A stretch of 37,059 nt of DNA from the IMG/VR virus record IMGVR_UViG_2657245588_000006, one strand, 5' to 3'. Shown here one piece after another: positions 24,479 to 32,677 of this stretch. The stretch is from a virus. Its lineage: Duplodnaviria > Heunggongvirae > Uroviricota > Caudoviricetes. The notes beneath the pieces were generated by a model, which had not been told where the DNA came from, did no database searches, and saw only the letters and a list, made by a program, of their open reading frames with translations. A program made the translations under genes and the position numbers. The first letter of the stretch is position 1. Each line of letters starts with the position of its first letter.

Positions 24479-24868
24479 TCAGGCGGCTGCACCCGCCGTT
24501 TTCTCGTACTTACTGATAGTGATCTCGACCTTCCCTTCCGGGATAACCGGTCCCCACTCCACCAGCATTCTTTTCACCTGACTGTCGTCTTCCCACACAC
24601 CCGCGTGGGTCAGGGCGTCAAACAGCGCCTTGTTATAGTTGTCCAGATCGCGGATCCGGTTATCCGGAGGAAACAACACGATCTCCACTGAAGCAGGTGC
24701 CGACGTTGGTTTCGGCAGACGACGTAACTGCTCAACTATTGCTGCGCACGCCGCGCTCTGGAATTTTCGCCCCGCCGCGCTTATCAGGCTCTTACCAGCA
24801 AACGCCCCTTTGTTGGGGTGTCGCCAGTACGTGTTCACGCTGGGCGGAAAAGGCAGGATCAGCTTCAT
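24479..24868 (-). CDS. rusA: Holliday-junction resolvase RusA
   Basis: 129-aa ORF with a RusA-like acidic motif RIRDLDNYNKALFDALTHAGVWEDDSQV; ATGA overlap with the upstream stop. Confidence 0.75.
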   Translation of the reverse strand: MKLILPFPPSVNTYWRHPNKGAFAGKSLISAAGRKFQSAACAAIVEQLRRLPKPTSAPASVEIVLFPPDNRIRDLDNYNKALFDALTHAGVWEDDSQVKRMLVEWGPVIPEGKVEITISKYEKTAGAAA

Positions 24869-25191
24869 ACTTTCAGGTCCCTCTCATGTAACCAGTGGGT
24901 TGCACGCAGCCTTGCGTTTTCCTCACCGGCAAGCAGTGCGCGGATAATCCCGACCGCCTCGCTGTCGTCGTCCTTCACCGCGGTATGAAGCGTTATCCCC
25001 CGGGCCACGCCACGCTTTATCGTGATGACGCCTTTTTTCTCCAGTGCGCGAAGATGCTCCACCGCTGCATTCACCGAACGGTATCCCAGCATGGTTGCCA
25101 CCTCCTGATTGGTTGGCGGGAAGCCACGTTCTTTCTGATAAGAAATCAGCATATCCAGCACCTGCTGCTGGCATTGAGTTAACGTCGTCAT
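24865..25191 (-). CDS. LexA-type N-terminal DNA-binding domain protein (no peptidase domain)
   Basis: 108-aa ORF; LTQCQQQVLDMLISYQKERGFPPTNQEVATMLGYRSVNAAVEHLRALEKKGVI resembles the LexA winged helix; AGGGAG RBS. Confidence 0.55.
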   Translation of the reverse strand: MTTLTQCQQQVLDMLISYQKERGFPPTNQEVATMLGYRSVNAAVEHLRALEKKGVITIKRGVARGITLHTAVKDDDSEAVGIIRALLAGEENARLRATHWLHERDLKV

Positions 25192-25259
25192 GCCGCCATC
25201 TCCCTGACCAGTTTTTCTGCCTGCTGGCGAACCTGCGCCAGAAACGCCTCACCACATGC

Positions 25260-25841
25260 CTAAAGTTCATCGCGCCCGATGTAGCTGATTGCCGGTCCCT
25301 TCCAGGTCTTGTCGAAAACAGCAATAGCACCAGCGAAGAAAGCGCCTGTCGGCACCTGCTTCTCATCCTTCGGGATAAACCAGGCAGGCAGTTCAAAACC
25401 AATACGCCCGCGAATAAAAGCAATATGGTCCGCATCTTCCGGCCACCACACTTCGCTGGTGGCAGCTTTGATCAGGAAAACATAGCGCCCGCCCTTATCA
25501 CGCATGGCACTGGCATGTTTCATGATGTAACGCATGCCGGTGATGTATTGCCCCTCATGCTGACTGGCGCGGCTGTATGGGGGATTACCAAAGGCAGCAC
25601 CTTTAAGCTCCGCAAGACGTTCTGACCAGTCATGCGCCAGCGCGTTATCTTCCGCCGTGTAATACGCGGCACATTTGGCGTTATCACCGTCAGTGAACAG
25701 ATCCAGAACAAACGGGCCAAACAGGGTGTTAATTCCCCAGAAAATGTTGTCCGGCGTGCGCCACTGATCGCCCACTTCCTTCAGTTCATGGGCTGGTTTG
25801 TTCCGCAGTTCCACCAGCGCCTGGCAATATTTATTACTCAT
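25260..25841 (-). CDS. Phage DNA N6-adenine methyltransferase (Dam-type)
   Basis: ATG at 25841 overlaps the upstream stop (TAATG); catalytic motif FGNPPYS; about 193 aa. Confidence 0.75.
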   Translation of the reverse strand: MSNKYCQALVELRNKPAHELKEVGDQWRTPDNIFWGINTLFGPFVLDLFTDGDNAKCAAYYTAEDNALAHDWSERLAELKGAAFGNPPYSRASQHEGQYITGMRYIMKHASAMRDKGGRYVFLIKAATSEVWWPEDADHIAFIRGRIGFELPAWFIPKDEKQVPTGAFFAGAIAVFDKTWKGPAISYIGRDEL

Positions 25842-26335
25842 TAAGCCCCCACGTAATTCCCTGACAGATACCACTCTTCACCCGATGCAGCGCGCTTGCT
25901 GCTTTTCCGTAAACACCGCTCACGACGCGCAAGAAAATTGTTTCGCTCTTGCTGGGAGTGGCTTTCACGGAATGCCGCCATCCACACCGTTGCAGCACGA
26001 CGGTATAAGCCCCTGGACTCCAGTTCTTCCGCCTGGCGGGTCAGGCATAAAATCACCCGGGGATCGTTAGTGCCGACATAGAAATTGCGCACAGATCTGG
26101 TTTCTCGAACTGGTTGTGGTTCCGGTTCCTGCGCTCTCTCAGTCAGGCGCGGAAAATGTCTGCGTGTATCTCCTTCACAACGGTGAGCCACACGCCCACT
26201 CTGACGTAACTTGCTTGCAGACTGCAGAACGCGCTGCCGTGAGTAACCTGCAAAAGCATCCGTAATGTCTCCGGAAGTACACCCCGGATGGGCTTCAATG
26301 AATTTCTGAACGTCATTCAAAAGACTCATGATCAC
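25841..26335 (-). CDS. Hypothetical protein with N-terminal wHTH-like and C-terminal PerC-like region
   Basis: 164-aa ORF, ATGA-coupled to the O-like gene; C-terminal LTRQAEELESRGLYRRAATVWMAAFRESH resembles PerC/Pch-family activators as I remember them. Confidence 0.4.
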   Translation of the reverse strand: MIMSLLNDVQKFIEAHPGCTSGDITDAFAGYSRQRVLQSASKLRQSGRVAHRCEGDTRRHFPRLTERAQEPEPQPVRETRSVRNFYVGTNDPRVILCLTRQAEELESRGLYRRAATVWMAAFRESHSQQERNNFLARRERCLRKSSKRAASGEEWYLSGNYVGA

Positions 26336-27273
26336 CCCCTGAATCCTGCCGGGATCTGGCTGTAGTCCACGTTGTCGTAACTGGATTTGAAGTACGGGTC
26401 TTCGCGTTTTTCGGTGTACGTGCTGACGGACGGCGATAAGCGCAGGGAAAGCTCATCCCATTTTTCCCGCAACTTCGACGGGCTGAGCACGTTACGGCAC
26501 CAGAACGGATCGCGGCTGACGCGGCTGTACATCTCGCAGATTTGTTTGTGAGTACGACCATCCTGCACGCACATCAGGCGAATTTCGTTTGCCCAGGCTG
26601 TCCAGTTCGGTTCTTTGGGACGAACCACCTCGCCGTCACATTCGGCAGCCTGCTCGTACAGGGCGATGATTTTTTTCCAGAGCCACTGTGCGCAGGTCAA
26701 ATCATCCTGCGTTCCCCACTGGCGCTTTTTAGGGCTGAATACAACCGCATCAGGATGGCGAGTTAAAAACTCTTGTTCAGCCGTCTGCGTGTCCGGTTGC
26801 GAAGCGTCCGGACGAGAAGTTTTTTTATCTGACGGATCATGTTTTGATTTTACTGACGGATCCCCGCCAGATTCTGACGGGTGAAAACCCGCTTTTTTGC
26901 CAGATTTCGACGCATCAAATTTTGACTGGTCAGATTTTGATGCGTCAGATTTTGACGGGTCAGAATCTGACAGTTGAGAAAATGCCGCTGCCTGAAGCTT
27001 CGCAACGTTAAGCTGATAAACATTCGACGCATTGCGGTTACCCTGGCGACGCGCCTTACGCGTTAACCAGCCTTCTGCTTCCAGCCGTGCGATAGCCGTT
27101 CTGACGGTGCTCATCCCCGCGCCAATCTGGCGGGCAATGGTTTCAATTGATGGCCAGCACACACCTTCGTCATTACTGAAATCAGCCAGGCGGGCCATAA
27201 TTGCCACGCTGGATAACTTCATGCCTGACGCAGCGCAACCATCCCATACATAGCCGGTTAATTTAGTGCTCAT
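26332..27273 (-). CDS. Replication initiator, lambda-O-like replisome organizer
   Basis: 313-aa ORF; N-terminal HTH-like region, a central pentapeptide-repeat linker encoded by the iterons, and a C-terminal domain; sits downstream of the cro/CII-like genes. Confidence 0.65.
   Translation of the reverse strand: MSTKLTGYVWDGCAASGMKLSSVAIMARLADFSNDEGVCWPSIETIARQIGAGMSTVRTAIARLEAEGWLTRKARRQGNRNASNVYQLNVAKLQAAAFSQLSDSDPSKSDASKSDQSKFDASKSGKKAGFHPSESGGDPSVKSKHDPSDKKTSRPDASQPDTQTAEQEFLTRHPDAVVFSPKKRQWGTQDDLTCAQWLWKKIIALYEQAAECDGEVVRPKEPNWTAWANEIRLMCVQDGRTHKQICEMYSRVSRDPFWCRNVLSPSKLREKWDELSLRLSPSVSTYTEKREDPYFKSSYDNVDYSQIPAGFRG
26826..26974. repeat. ori: Iteron array (candidate replication origin) inside the O-like gene
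   Basis: Five tandem 15-bp units of consensus TCAGATTTTGACGGG at 26900..26974 plus three degenerate copies at 26826..26882, with an adjacent AT-richer stretch at about 26814..26860. Confidence 0.6.
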
Positions 27274-27282
27274 GACCGACCT

Positions 27283-27621
27283 CTATTTCCCTGAATTTAC
27301 GACGAAACTGTTCGAGCGGGCTGAAGCACTCATGCTCATAGCCTTCGCGGAGGTAGATAACCCGTTGTGTTTCCGGTTCCCAACGAATGACTCTGACGGG
27401 CACTCCGTAGTGATCTTTGAACCAGCGGTTAACTTGTCGCAAAGGACTGTCTCCTTTTGCCGGTTGAAATCACCCACAGCCCACTCTGCAAAGCTGTGGG
27501 TTACAATTTCCCTGTCACCTGGTACATTCACTGCATAGCAATACTCCACCTTCGCTTTTCCACCCGGTACAGGAAGTGCAATCAGTTGCGAGCGACGGTA
27601 GTGTGTTGTTAAACTGTTCAT
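27283..27621 (-). CDS. Hypothetical protein
   Basis: 112-aa ORF; ATG overlaps the upstream stop (ATGA); no family recognised. Confidence 0.5.
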   Translation of the reverse strand: MNSLTTHYRRSQLIALPVPGGKAKVEYCYAVNVPGDREIVTHSFAEWAVGDFNRQKETVLCDKLTAGSKITTECPSESFVGNRKHNGLSTSAKAMSMSASARSNSFVVNSGK

Positions 27622-28232
27622 GCGTTAGTTTCTCCACAACCAGAAGCAATCGACGCCACGACGCCCGGAGCTGCACACTCGCGGGCGTCATTACTTTCTG
27701 AAATGCAAAAAATTTTGTAGACAAGTGCTGCATGCTCCTGCAGCTTCGAAATTGAGAGATACAGCTCGTCGTTAATTGCTGTCTTCTCATGCGGTTCCAC
27801 TACACCGTCTTCGATTGCTGAACGAATCTGTTTTGAATAACTGCCGATCTGTTCAATGACTTCCAGCAGACGCTGGTTAATATCGGCGTTGTCCACATCC
27901 TCGACGTCAGGAAGAGACACAAAGACGCCATTTGCAGACTGCGCCACAGCATCAGCAATGAAGTGAGTTCCACCAGCACGTTGCAAAATCATTGCCCATC
28001 CCAGCGGGAAAATCTGATCGCCATCAGCACGAAGGCGGTTAAATAATGCGTTCTCTGTTACATCCAGCCAGTCAGCTGCTTCAGCGTAACCACCCGGCAA
28101 CTTTGCGATAGTTTTTCTGACAGCTTTCACGTACCACTCAGGCTGTTTTTCTACTTTCCAGTGATGCTTACCCACGGTTAGCCTCATCGTTCTGTGGTTT
28201 CTGTTAATCGATTTATCCATTAGATTTTTCAT
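27618..28232 (-). CDS. CII-like / YdaT-family regulatory protein (tentative)
   Basis: Second gene after the cro-like gene; track ORF starts inside the cro-like gene, so the start is placed at the ATG at 28232 (ATG at 28220 is an alternative). Confidence 0.45.
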   Translation of the reverse strand: MKNLMDKSINRNHRTMRLTVGKHHWKVEKQPEWYVKAVRKTIAKLPGGYAEAADWLDVTENALFNRLRADGDQIFPLGWAMILQRAGGTHFIADAVAQSANGVFVSLPDVEDVDNADINQRLLEVIEQIGSYSKQIRSAIEDGVVEPHEKTAINDELYLSISKLQEHAALVYKIFCISESNDARECAAPGVVASIASGCGETNA

Positions 28233-28413
28233 AAAGCTCAGGTTTAAATGGCAACCGTCCGCAAGTTCTATATGCAGCTTCTGCTGCACGTCCTTTTGGA
28301 ATTAACTGGCCCGGACGGTTTCGCCACTGATAAACGGCTTCAGTTGTTATGCCGAAAAAAGCAGCAACTTTCTCAATACTGCCGAAGTAGCTTTCGATAT
28401 CGTCAGTTGTCAT
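28213..28413 (-). CDS. cro: Cro-like HTH repressor
   Basis: 66-aa ORF with HTH (GITTEAVYQWRNRPGQ); GGAGG RBS; divergent from cI. Confidence 0.8.
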   Translation of the reverse strand: MTTDDIESYFGSIEKVAAFFGITTEAVYQWRNRPGQLIPKGRAAEAAYRTCGRLPFKPELYEKSNG

Positions 28414-28424
28414 ACGCCCTCCAA

Positions 28425-28489
28425 ACTAAGTTTTATTAGATGCTAATTACAAATCTATCTTTGGTCAATAAAAACTAAGATTACTTAGC
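28425..28489. promoter_or_regulatory. Right operator region with divergent promoters (pR-like on the minus strand; pRM-like unresolved)
   Basis: Two ACTAAG-N5-TTAG sites at 28425..28439 and 28474..28488; minus-strand -35 TTGACC (28463..28468) and -10 TAGCAT (28440..28445) with a 17-nt spacer, overlapped by the first site. Confidence 0.5.
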
Positions 28490-28510
28490 AATTCAAGAAA
28501 TGGTGCTCCT

Positions 28511-29137
28511 ATGGAAACGGTTGGTCAGCGTATAAAAGCTCTGAGAAGAGTTACCAGAACGTCCCAGAAAGAATTGGGTAAATTTTGTGGAGTAAGCGAC
28601 GTTGCTGTGGGGTACTGGGAGAAAGACATCAATACCCCTGGTGGGGAGGCACTTTCGAAATTAGCGAAGTTCTTCAATACGTCAATAGATTACATTCTTT
28701 ATGGTGCTGAGTTTGAAGGCAAACTCGTCACAAACATGCGCAGAGTTCCTGTAATATCGTGGGTTCAGGCTGGGCAGTTTACTGAGTGCAGGGCAGCAGA
28801 AGTGTTTAGTGAAGTGGACAAGTGGGTAGATACATCATTAAAGATTGGTGATAACTCATTTGCATTAGAGGTTAAAGGTGACTCCATGACTAACCCTAAT
28901 GGCCTCCCAACAATACCAGAAGGCGCAACAGTGATTGTAGATCCAGATGCAGAACCTCGTCATGGAAAAATAGTCATCGCTCGACTTGATGGAACAAACG
29001 AAGCTACAGTAAAAAAATTAGTCATCGATGGCCCTCAAAAGTTTTTAGTGCCATTAAATCCTCGGTATCCCAACATCCCTATCAATGGTAATTGCCTTAT
29101 CATTGGTGTAGTCAAAGGAGTTCAATACGAACTCTAA
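28511..29137 (+). CDS. cI: Prophage repressor, cI-type (HTH_XRE + S24 LexA-like autopeptidase)
   Basis: 208-aa ORF; N-terminal HTH, C-terminal GDSM Ser motif; divergent from the cro-like gene. Confidence 0.85.
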   Translation: METVGQRIKALRRVTRTSQKELGKFCGVSDVAVGYWEKDINTPGGEALSKLAKFFNTSIDYILYGAEFEGKLVTNMRRVPVISWVQAGQFTECRAAEVFSEVDKWVDTSLKIGDNSFALEVKGDSMTNPNGLPTIPEGATVIVDPDAEPRHGKIVIARLDGTNEATVKKLVIDGPQKFLVPLNPRYPNIPINGNCLIIGVVKGVQYEL

Positions 29138-29152
29138 GACCTCTCTTCTCTA

Positions 29153-29219
29153 ACTAAGGCACCGAACTAAGAAAAGTTTGGTGTTTTCTCTTGCCATAAT
29201 AACTAAGTTAAGTTAGATT
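29153..29219 (+). promoter_or_regulatory. Operator-like repeats and candidate repressor-controlled promoter after cI
   Basis: ACTAAG at 29153, 29166 and 29203; ACTAAG-N5-TTAG site at 29203..29217; -35 TTGCCA (29191..29196), 17-nt spacer, -10 TAGATT (29214..29219). Confidence 0.4.
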
Positions 29220-29321
29220 TTATGTCAAAGATAACGAACAGGCAGGACGCCCACGAAGTAGCCGCCGGTGGCGTATGAATGACCGGATGATTCGTTAAAT
29301 ACTATGTGTAAGAGAGCGCAA

Positions 29322-29524
29322 ATGAACCGTTATTTCACATGCTCGTTTTGTGGCGCAAACGAGCTGCAGGCAAAAAAATCATCGCCAAAGGCGGAAAAGA
29401 TGAAGTTGCTATCTGCTCTGAGTGCGTAGTCTTGTGTGTCGGAGCATTAATCAATATCAGCACAACTATTCAGTTCACACCAAATGAGAATGCGCCTTTA
29501 GATGCGCGGAAATCTGGAGGTTAA
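29322..29524 (+). pseudogene. ClpX-type C4 zinc-ribbon small protein, split by a -1 frameshift in an A7 tract (29372..29378)
   Basis: Frame A (ATG 29322) encodes MNRYFTCSFCGANELQAKK; frame B continues IIAKGGKDEVAICSECVVLCVGALIN to the stop at 29524; joined they give C7-x2-C10-x21-C32-x2-C35. Confidence 0.5.
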
Positions 29525-29532
29525 AGAACAAA

Positions 29533-29808
29533 ATGAAAGTCCAGATTTTAAACAATAGTGGTGAAGTCGTTTGGTCATACGACATAGCCGCTCCTGTAGA
29601 TCAGAGCGGCGATAGCTGGACCAATGGGAAACATCAGATTATGGCTGGAGTTGTATTCTCTTTACACCGTGCTTTGGAACAGGCTGAAGTATTTCCATCA
29701 GACCCTGAATGGAAATGGCCTTTTTCTATTTGTCCAAATTCGGAGAGCACATTTCAGAAAATTGGTCAGAAAGTCGCACTCGAAGAGCATCAGCCAACTG
29801 TTTTCTGA
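29533..29808 (+). CDS. Hypothetical protein (91 aa)
   Basis: ATG 8 nt after the zinc-ribbon stop; GGAGG 12 nt upstream; 3' end overlaps a convergent minus-strand ORF. Confidence 0.45.
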   Translation: MKVQILNNSGEVVWSYDIAAPVDQSGDSWTNGKHQIMAGVVFSLHRALEQAEVFPSDPEWKWPFSICPNSESTFQKIGQKVALEEHQPTVF

Positions 29809-29971
29809 TTTTTTCAGGTAACTCGTCGGCATCGCAGAAACAACAACGCTCGATCATGTTGAAAGCCGATTCGTAGAACTGTTTCTGCTGAGTGTCGCTG
29901 AGACAGGAAAAGAGCGACGTTACGATGATTTTATTAATTGCATTATCAAGTTCTTTTTCATCAAAAGTCAT
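29726..29971 (-). CDS. Hypothetical Cys-containing protein (81 aa), opposite to the cI operon
   Basis: AAGGA RBS 7 nt upstream of the ATG; contains CCFC; overlaps the 3' end of the 29533..29808 ORF by 83 nt. Confidence 0.4.
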   Translation of the reverse strand: MTFDEKELDNAINKIIVTSLFSCLSDTQQKQFYESAFNMIERCCFCDADELPEKIRKQLADALRVRLSDQFSEMCSPNLDK

Positions 29972-30209
29972 TTGATTTTCCTTTTATGTATACGGGCTTA
30001 AAAGGATACCACCGAGCCTGAAGTGGTGAAAAGACAGGCACATAACAGCTAAGTATTTTCAACCAGAGAGAATCCTTAGCGTTGTGGTGAATGCGGCTCA
30101 GCGCACGCGGGTTAAGGTTGAGGCTGACAGTCGACCTTCTGTGGATACCCACCCGTCTGGTGTGCAACCTTCGCCAGGCACCGGGAGGCACCCGGCACCA
30201 CAACTTTAT

Positions 30210-30271
30210 GCTGTGTGTAGTCTTGGCGGTACCAGTTTGTACCCTTGCTTCCGGCTGGTACCGCTCTTTTT
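30210..30271 (+). ncRNA. DicF-like small RNA candidate with intrinsic terminator
   Basis: CUUGGCGGUACCAGUUUGUACCC resembles my recollection of the DicF core UUUGGCGGUAUCAGUUUUACUCC; stem GGCGGTACCAG (30226..30236) / CTGGTACCGC (30255..30264) followed by TCTTTTT. The 5' end is not defined. Confidence 0.4.
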
Positions 30272-30408
30272 ACAAAACAGAGAAGAGCATCACCGGACGA
30301 CGGGCTCATAACCCAATCCATCCGGGCGGCTGCCACCGCAGGTGTTCTTCTCTGTTTTGTGGAGAAACCAACCGACCTTGCAGGGTCGATATGATGAGGA
30401 GCAGCAAA

Positions 30409-30771
30409 ATGGCTAGCGAACGCAGTACTGATGTGCAGGCATTTATCGGGGAGCTGGACGGCGGCGTATTTGAAACCAAAATCGGCGCAGTTCTCAGTGA
30501 AGTCGCTTCCGGTGTGATGAACACGAAAACCAAAGGTAAGGTCTCGCTTAACCTGGAAATCGAACCGTTTGATGAGAACCGTGTGAAAATAAAACATAAA
30601 CTCTCATATGTTCGCCCGACTAACCGCGGGAAAATTTCCGAAGAAGACACCACCGAAACGCCGATGTATGTCAATCGCGGTGGTCGCCTGACTATTCTGC
30701 AGGAAGACCAGGGACAATTACTGACTCTTGCCGGTGAACCTGACGGAAAACTCCGCGCAGCAGGTCATTAA
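30409..30771 (+). CDS. YfdP-like protein
   Basis: Track ORF 30091..30771 has a long extension over the structured RNA region; ATG at 30409 with GAGGAG RBS 7 nt upstream gives 120 aa. Confidence 0.55.
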   Translation: MASERSTDVQAFIGELDGGVFETKIGAVLSEVASGVMNTKTKGKVSLNLEIEPFDENRVKIKHKLSYVRPTNRGKISEEDTTETPMYVNRGGRLTILQEDQGQLLTLAGEPDGKLRAAGH

Positions 30772-30835
30772 TATCGTTTTTAATTAACTGATTATTTATC
30801 TCATCACTGAATATTTTATATAGTGAGGACTGATT

Positions 30836-31660
30836 ATGTCTCAGAACTTAGACGCAACCGCAATTAATCAAATCCATGCCCTTATTTCTGCTCAGGGTGT
30901 TAATGAAATTATCAGTAAGATTGGTGCCGATGCTGTGGCATTGCCTGAGAATTTCCGCATTCATGATCTGGAAAAATTTAATTTAAATCGCTTCCGTTTC
31001 CGTGGTGCGCTTTCCACTGCCAGCATCGATGACTTTACCCGTTATTCTAAAGATCTTGCAGATGAAGGCACCCGCTGCTTTATCGATGCTGATAATATGC
31101 GTGCCGTCAGTGTGCTTAACTTGGGTACTATTGATGAACCAGGTCACGCAGATAACACCGCCACTCTCAAACTGAAAAAGACAGCACCGTTCTCTGCCCT
31201 GTTGTCTGTTAACGGCGAGCGTAACTCCCAGAAGTCACTGGCAGAATGGATTGAAGACTGGGCCGACTACCTTGTGGGCTTTGATGCTAATGGTGACGCC
31301 ATTCAGGCAACCAAAGCTGCTGCGGCGATCCGTAAAATCACAATTGAAGCGAACCAGACCGCTGATTTTGAAGATAATGACTTCAGCGGCAAACGCTCCC
31401 TGATGGAGTCTGTCGAAGCGAAGACCAAAGACATTATGCCTGTGGCATTTGAATTTAAATGCGTTCCGTTTGAAGGTCTGAAAGAACGTCCGTTTAAATT
31501 ACGCCTCAGCATTATCACTGGCGATCGTCCTGTACTGGTTCTGCGCATTATTCAGCTGGAAGCGGTGCAGGAAGAAATGGCTAACGAATTTCGTGATCTG
31601 CTTGTTGAGAAATTCAAAGACAGCAAAGTAGAAACCTTTATTGGTACTTTCACCGCCTGA
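30836..31660 (+). CDS. YfdQ-like protein (DUF2303)
   Basis: 274-aa ORF with GAGGA RBS; length and position match YfdQ of CPS-53 as remembered. Confidence 0.55.
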   Translation: MSQNLDATAINQIHALISAQGVNEIISKIGADAVALPENFRIHDLEKFNLNRFRFRGALSTASIDDFTRYSKDLADEGTRCFIDADNMRAVSVLNLGTIDEPGHADNTATLKLKKTAPFSALLSVNGERNSQKSLAEWIEDWADYLVGFDANGDAIQATKAAAAIRKITIEANQTADFEDNDFSGKRSLMESVEAKTKDIMPVAFEFKCVPFEGLKERPFKLRLSIITGDRPVLVLRIIQLEAVQEEMANEFRDLLVEKFKDSKVETFIGTFTA

Positions 31661-31787
31661 TTTCATTACTGCAAATGCCCCTGCGGGGGCATTTATGGAA
31701 ACGTAATTAACTCAATAATCACCGGATGGTGAGGGCTTCCTTTTACCAGAATTCAGCGCGGTGCAGTGCATATACGTGGAGAATAAA

Positions 31788-32324
31788 ATGTCATTTATTA
31801 AAACTTTTTCCGGGAAGCATTTTTATTATGACAAGATAAATAAAGACGACATCGATATTAACGATATCGCGGTTTCCCTTTCAAATATCTGTCGCTTTGC
31901 CGGTCATCTTTCGCACTTCTACAGCGTCGCCCAACATGCGGTTCTTTGCAGCATGCTGGTGCCGCAGGAATTTGCTTTTGAAGCGTTAATGCATGATGCA
32001 ACAGAAGCGTATTGCCAGGACATCCCGGCTCCACTGAAACGCCTTCTTCCTGACTATAAACGGATGGAAGAAAAAATAGACGCCGTAATCCGTGAGAAAT
32101 ACGGGTTACCCCCGGTTATGAGCACGCCCGTGAAATATGCCGATCTCATCATGCTGGCAACCGAACGCCGCGATCTCGGGCTTGATGATGGCTCTTTCTG
32201 GCCTGTACTGGAAGGTATCCCGGCAACAGAGATGTTCAAAGTGATTCCACTGTCGCCAGGCCATGCCTATGGGATGTTTATGGAACGTTTTAACGAGTTA
32301 TCGGAGTTACGCAAATGCGCATGA
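31788..32324 (+). CDS. HD-domain phosphohydrolase, YfdR-like 5'-deoxynucleotidase
   Basis: ATG at 31788 with GGAG RBS gives 178 aa; His and His-Asp motifs (HAVLCSM, LMHDATE). Confidence 0.65.
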   Translation: MSFIKTFSGKHFYYDKINKDDIDINDIAVSLSNICRFAGHLSHFYSVAQHAVLCSMLVPQEFAFEALMHDATEAYCQDIPAPLKRLLPDYKRMEEKIDAVIREKYGLPPVMSTPVKYADLIMLATERRDLGLDDGSFWPVLEGIPATEMFKVIPLSPGHAYGMFMERFNELSELRKCA

Positions 32325-32677
32325 ATGTTTTCGAAATGGAAGGGTTTCTTCGCGGGAAATGTGTACCGCGAGATCTGAAAGTGAACGAAACAAATGCTGA
32401 GTACCTAGTACGTAAATTCGACGCGCTTGAAGCTAAATGTGCGGCACTGGAAAACAAAATAATACCAGTGTCAGCTGAACTGCCACCTGCAAATGAAAGT
32501 GTTCTGTTATTTGATGCTAACGGAGAAGGCTGGCTAATTGGCTGGCGTTCTCTCTGGTACACCTGGGGACAAAAAGAAACCGGAGAATGGCAGTGGACAT
32601 TTCAGGTCGGGGACCTTGAAAACGTCAATATCACTCACTGGGCAGTAATGCCGAAAGCACCGGAGAATAAGAAATGA
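32315..32677 (+). CDS. YfdS-like protein (DUF551)
   Basis: 120-aa ORF; start overlaps the upstream stop (ATGA); Trp-rich C-terminal part. Confidence 0.55.
   Translation: MRMNVFEMEGFLRGKCVPRDLKVNETNAEYLVRKFDALEAKCAALENKIIPVSAELPPANESVLLFDANGEGWLIGWRSLWYTWGQKETGEWQWTFQVGDLENVNITHWAVMPKAPENKK

Noticed and set aside
24923-25435. Minus-strand 170-aa ORF
   Set aside because: Overlaps both the LexA-like and methyltransferase genes out of frame; Arg/Leu-rich low-complexity translation.
29138-30100. rexA/rexB-type exclusion genes downstream of cI
   Set aside because: The ORFs present are far too small (35 to 91 aa) and unrelated; the position is instead occupied by the operator/promoter and small genes.
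30084-30408. N-terminal extension of the YfdP-like ORF (track start 30091), the 75-aa ORF at 30084..30311, and a retron msr/msd interpretation of the structured region
   Set aside because: The extension runs through the terminator and inverted repeats and has no RBS; ATG 30409 with GAGGAG is the credible start. No reverse-transcriptase ORF is adjacent, so a retron is unsupported.
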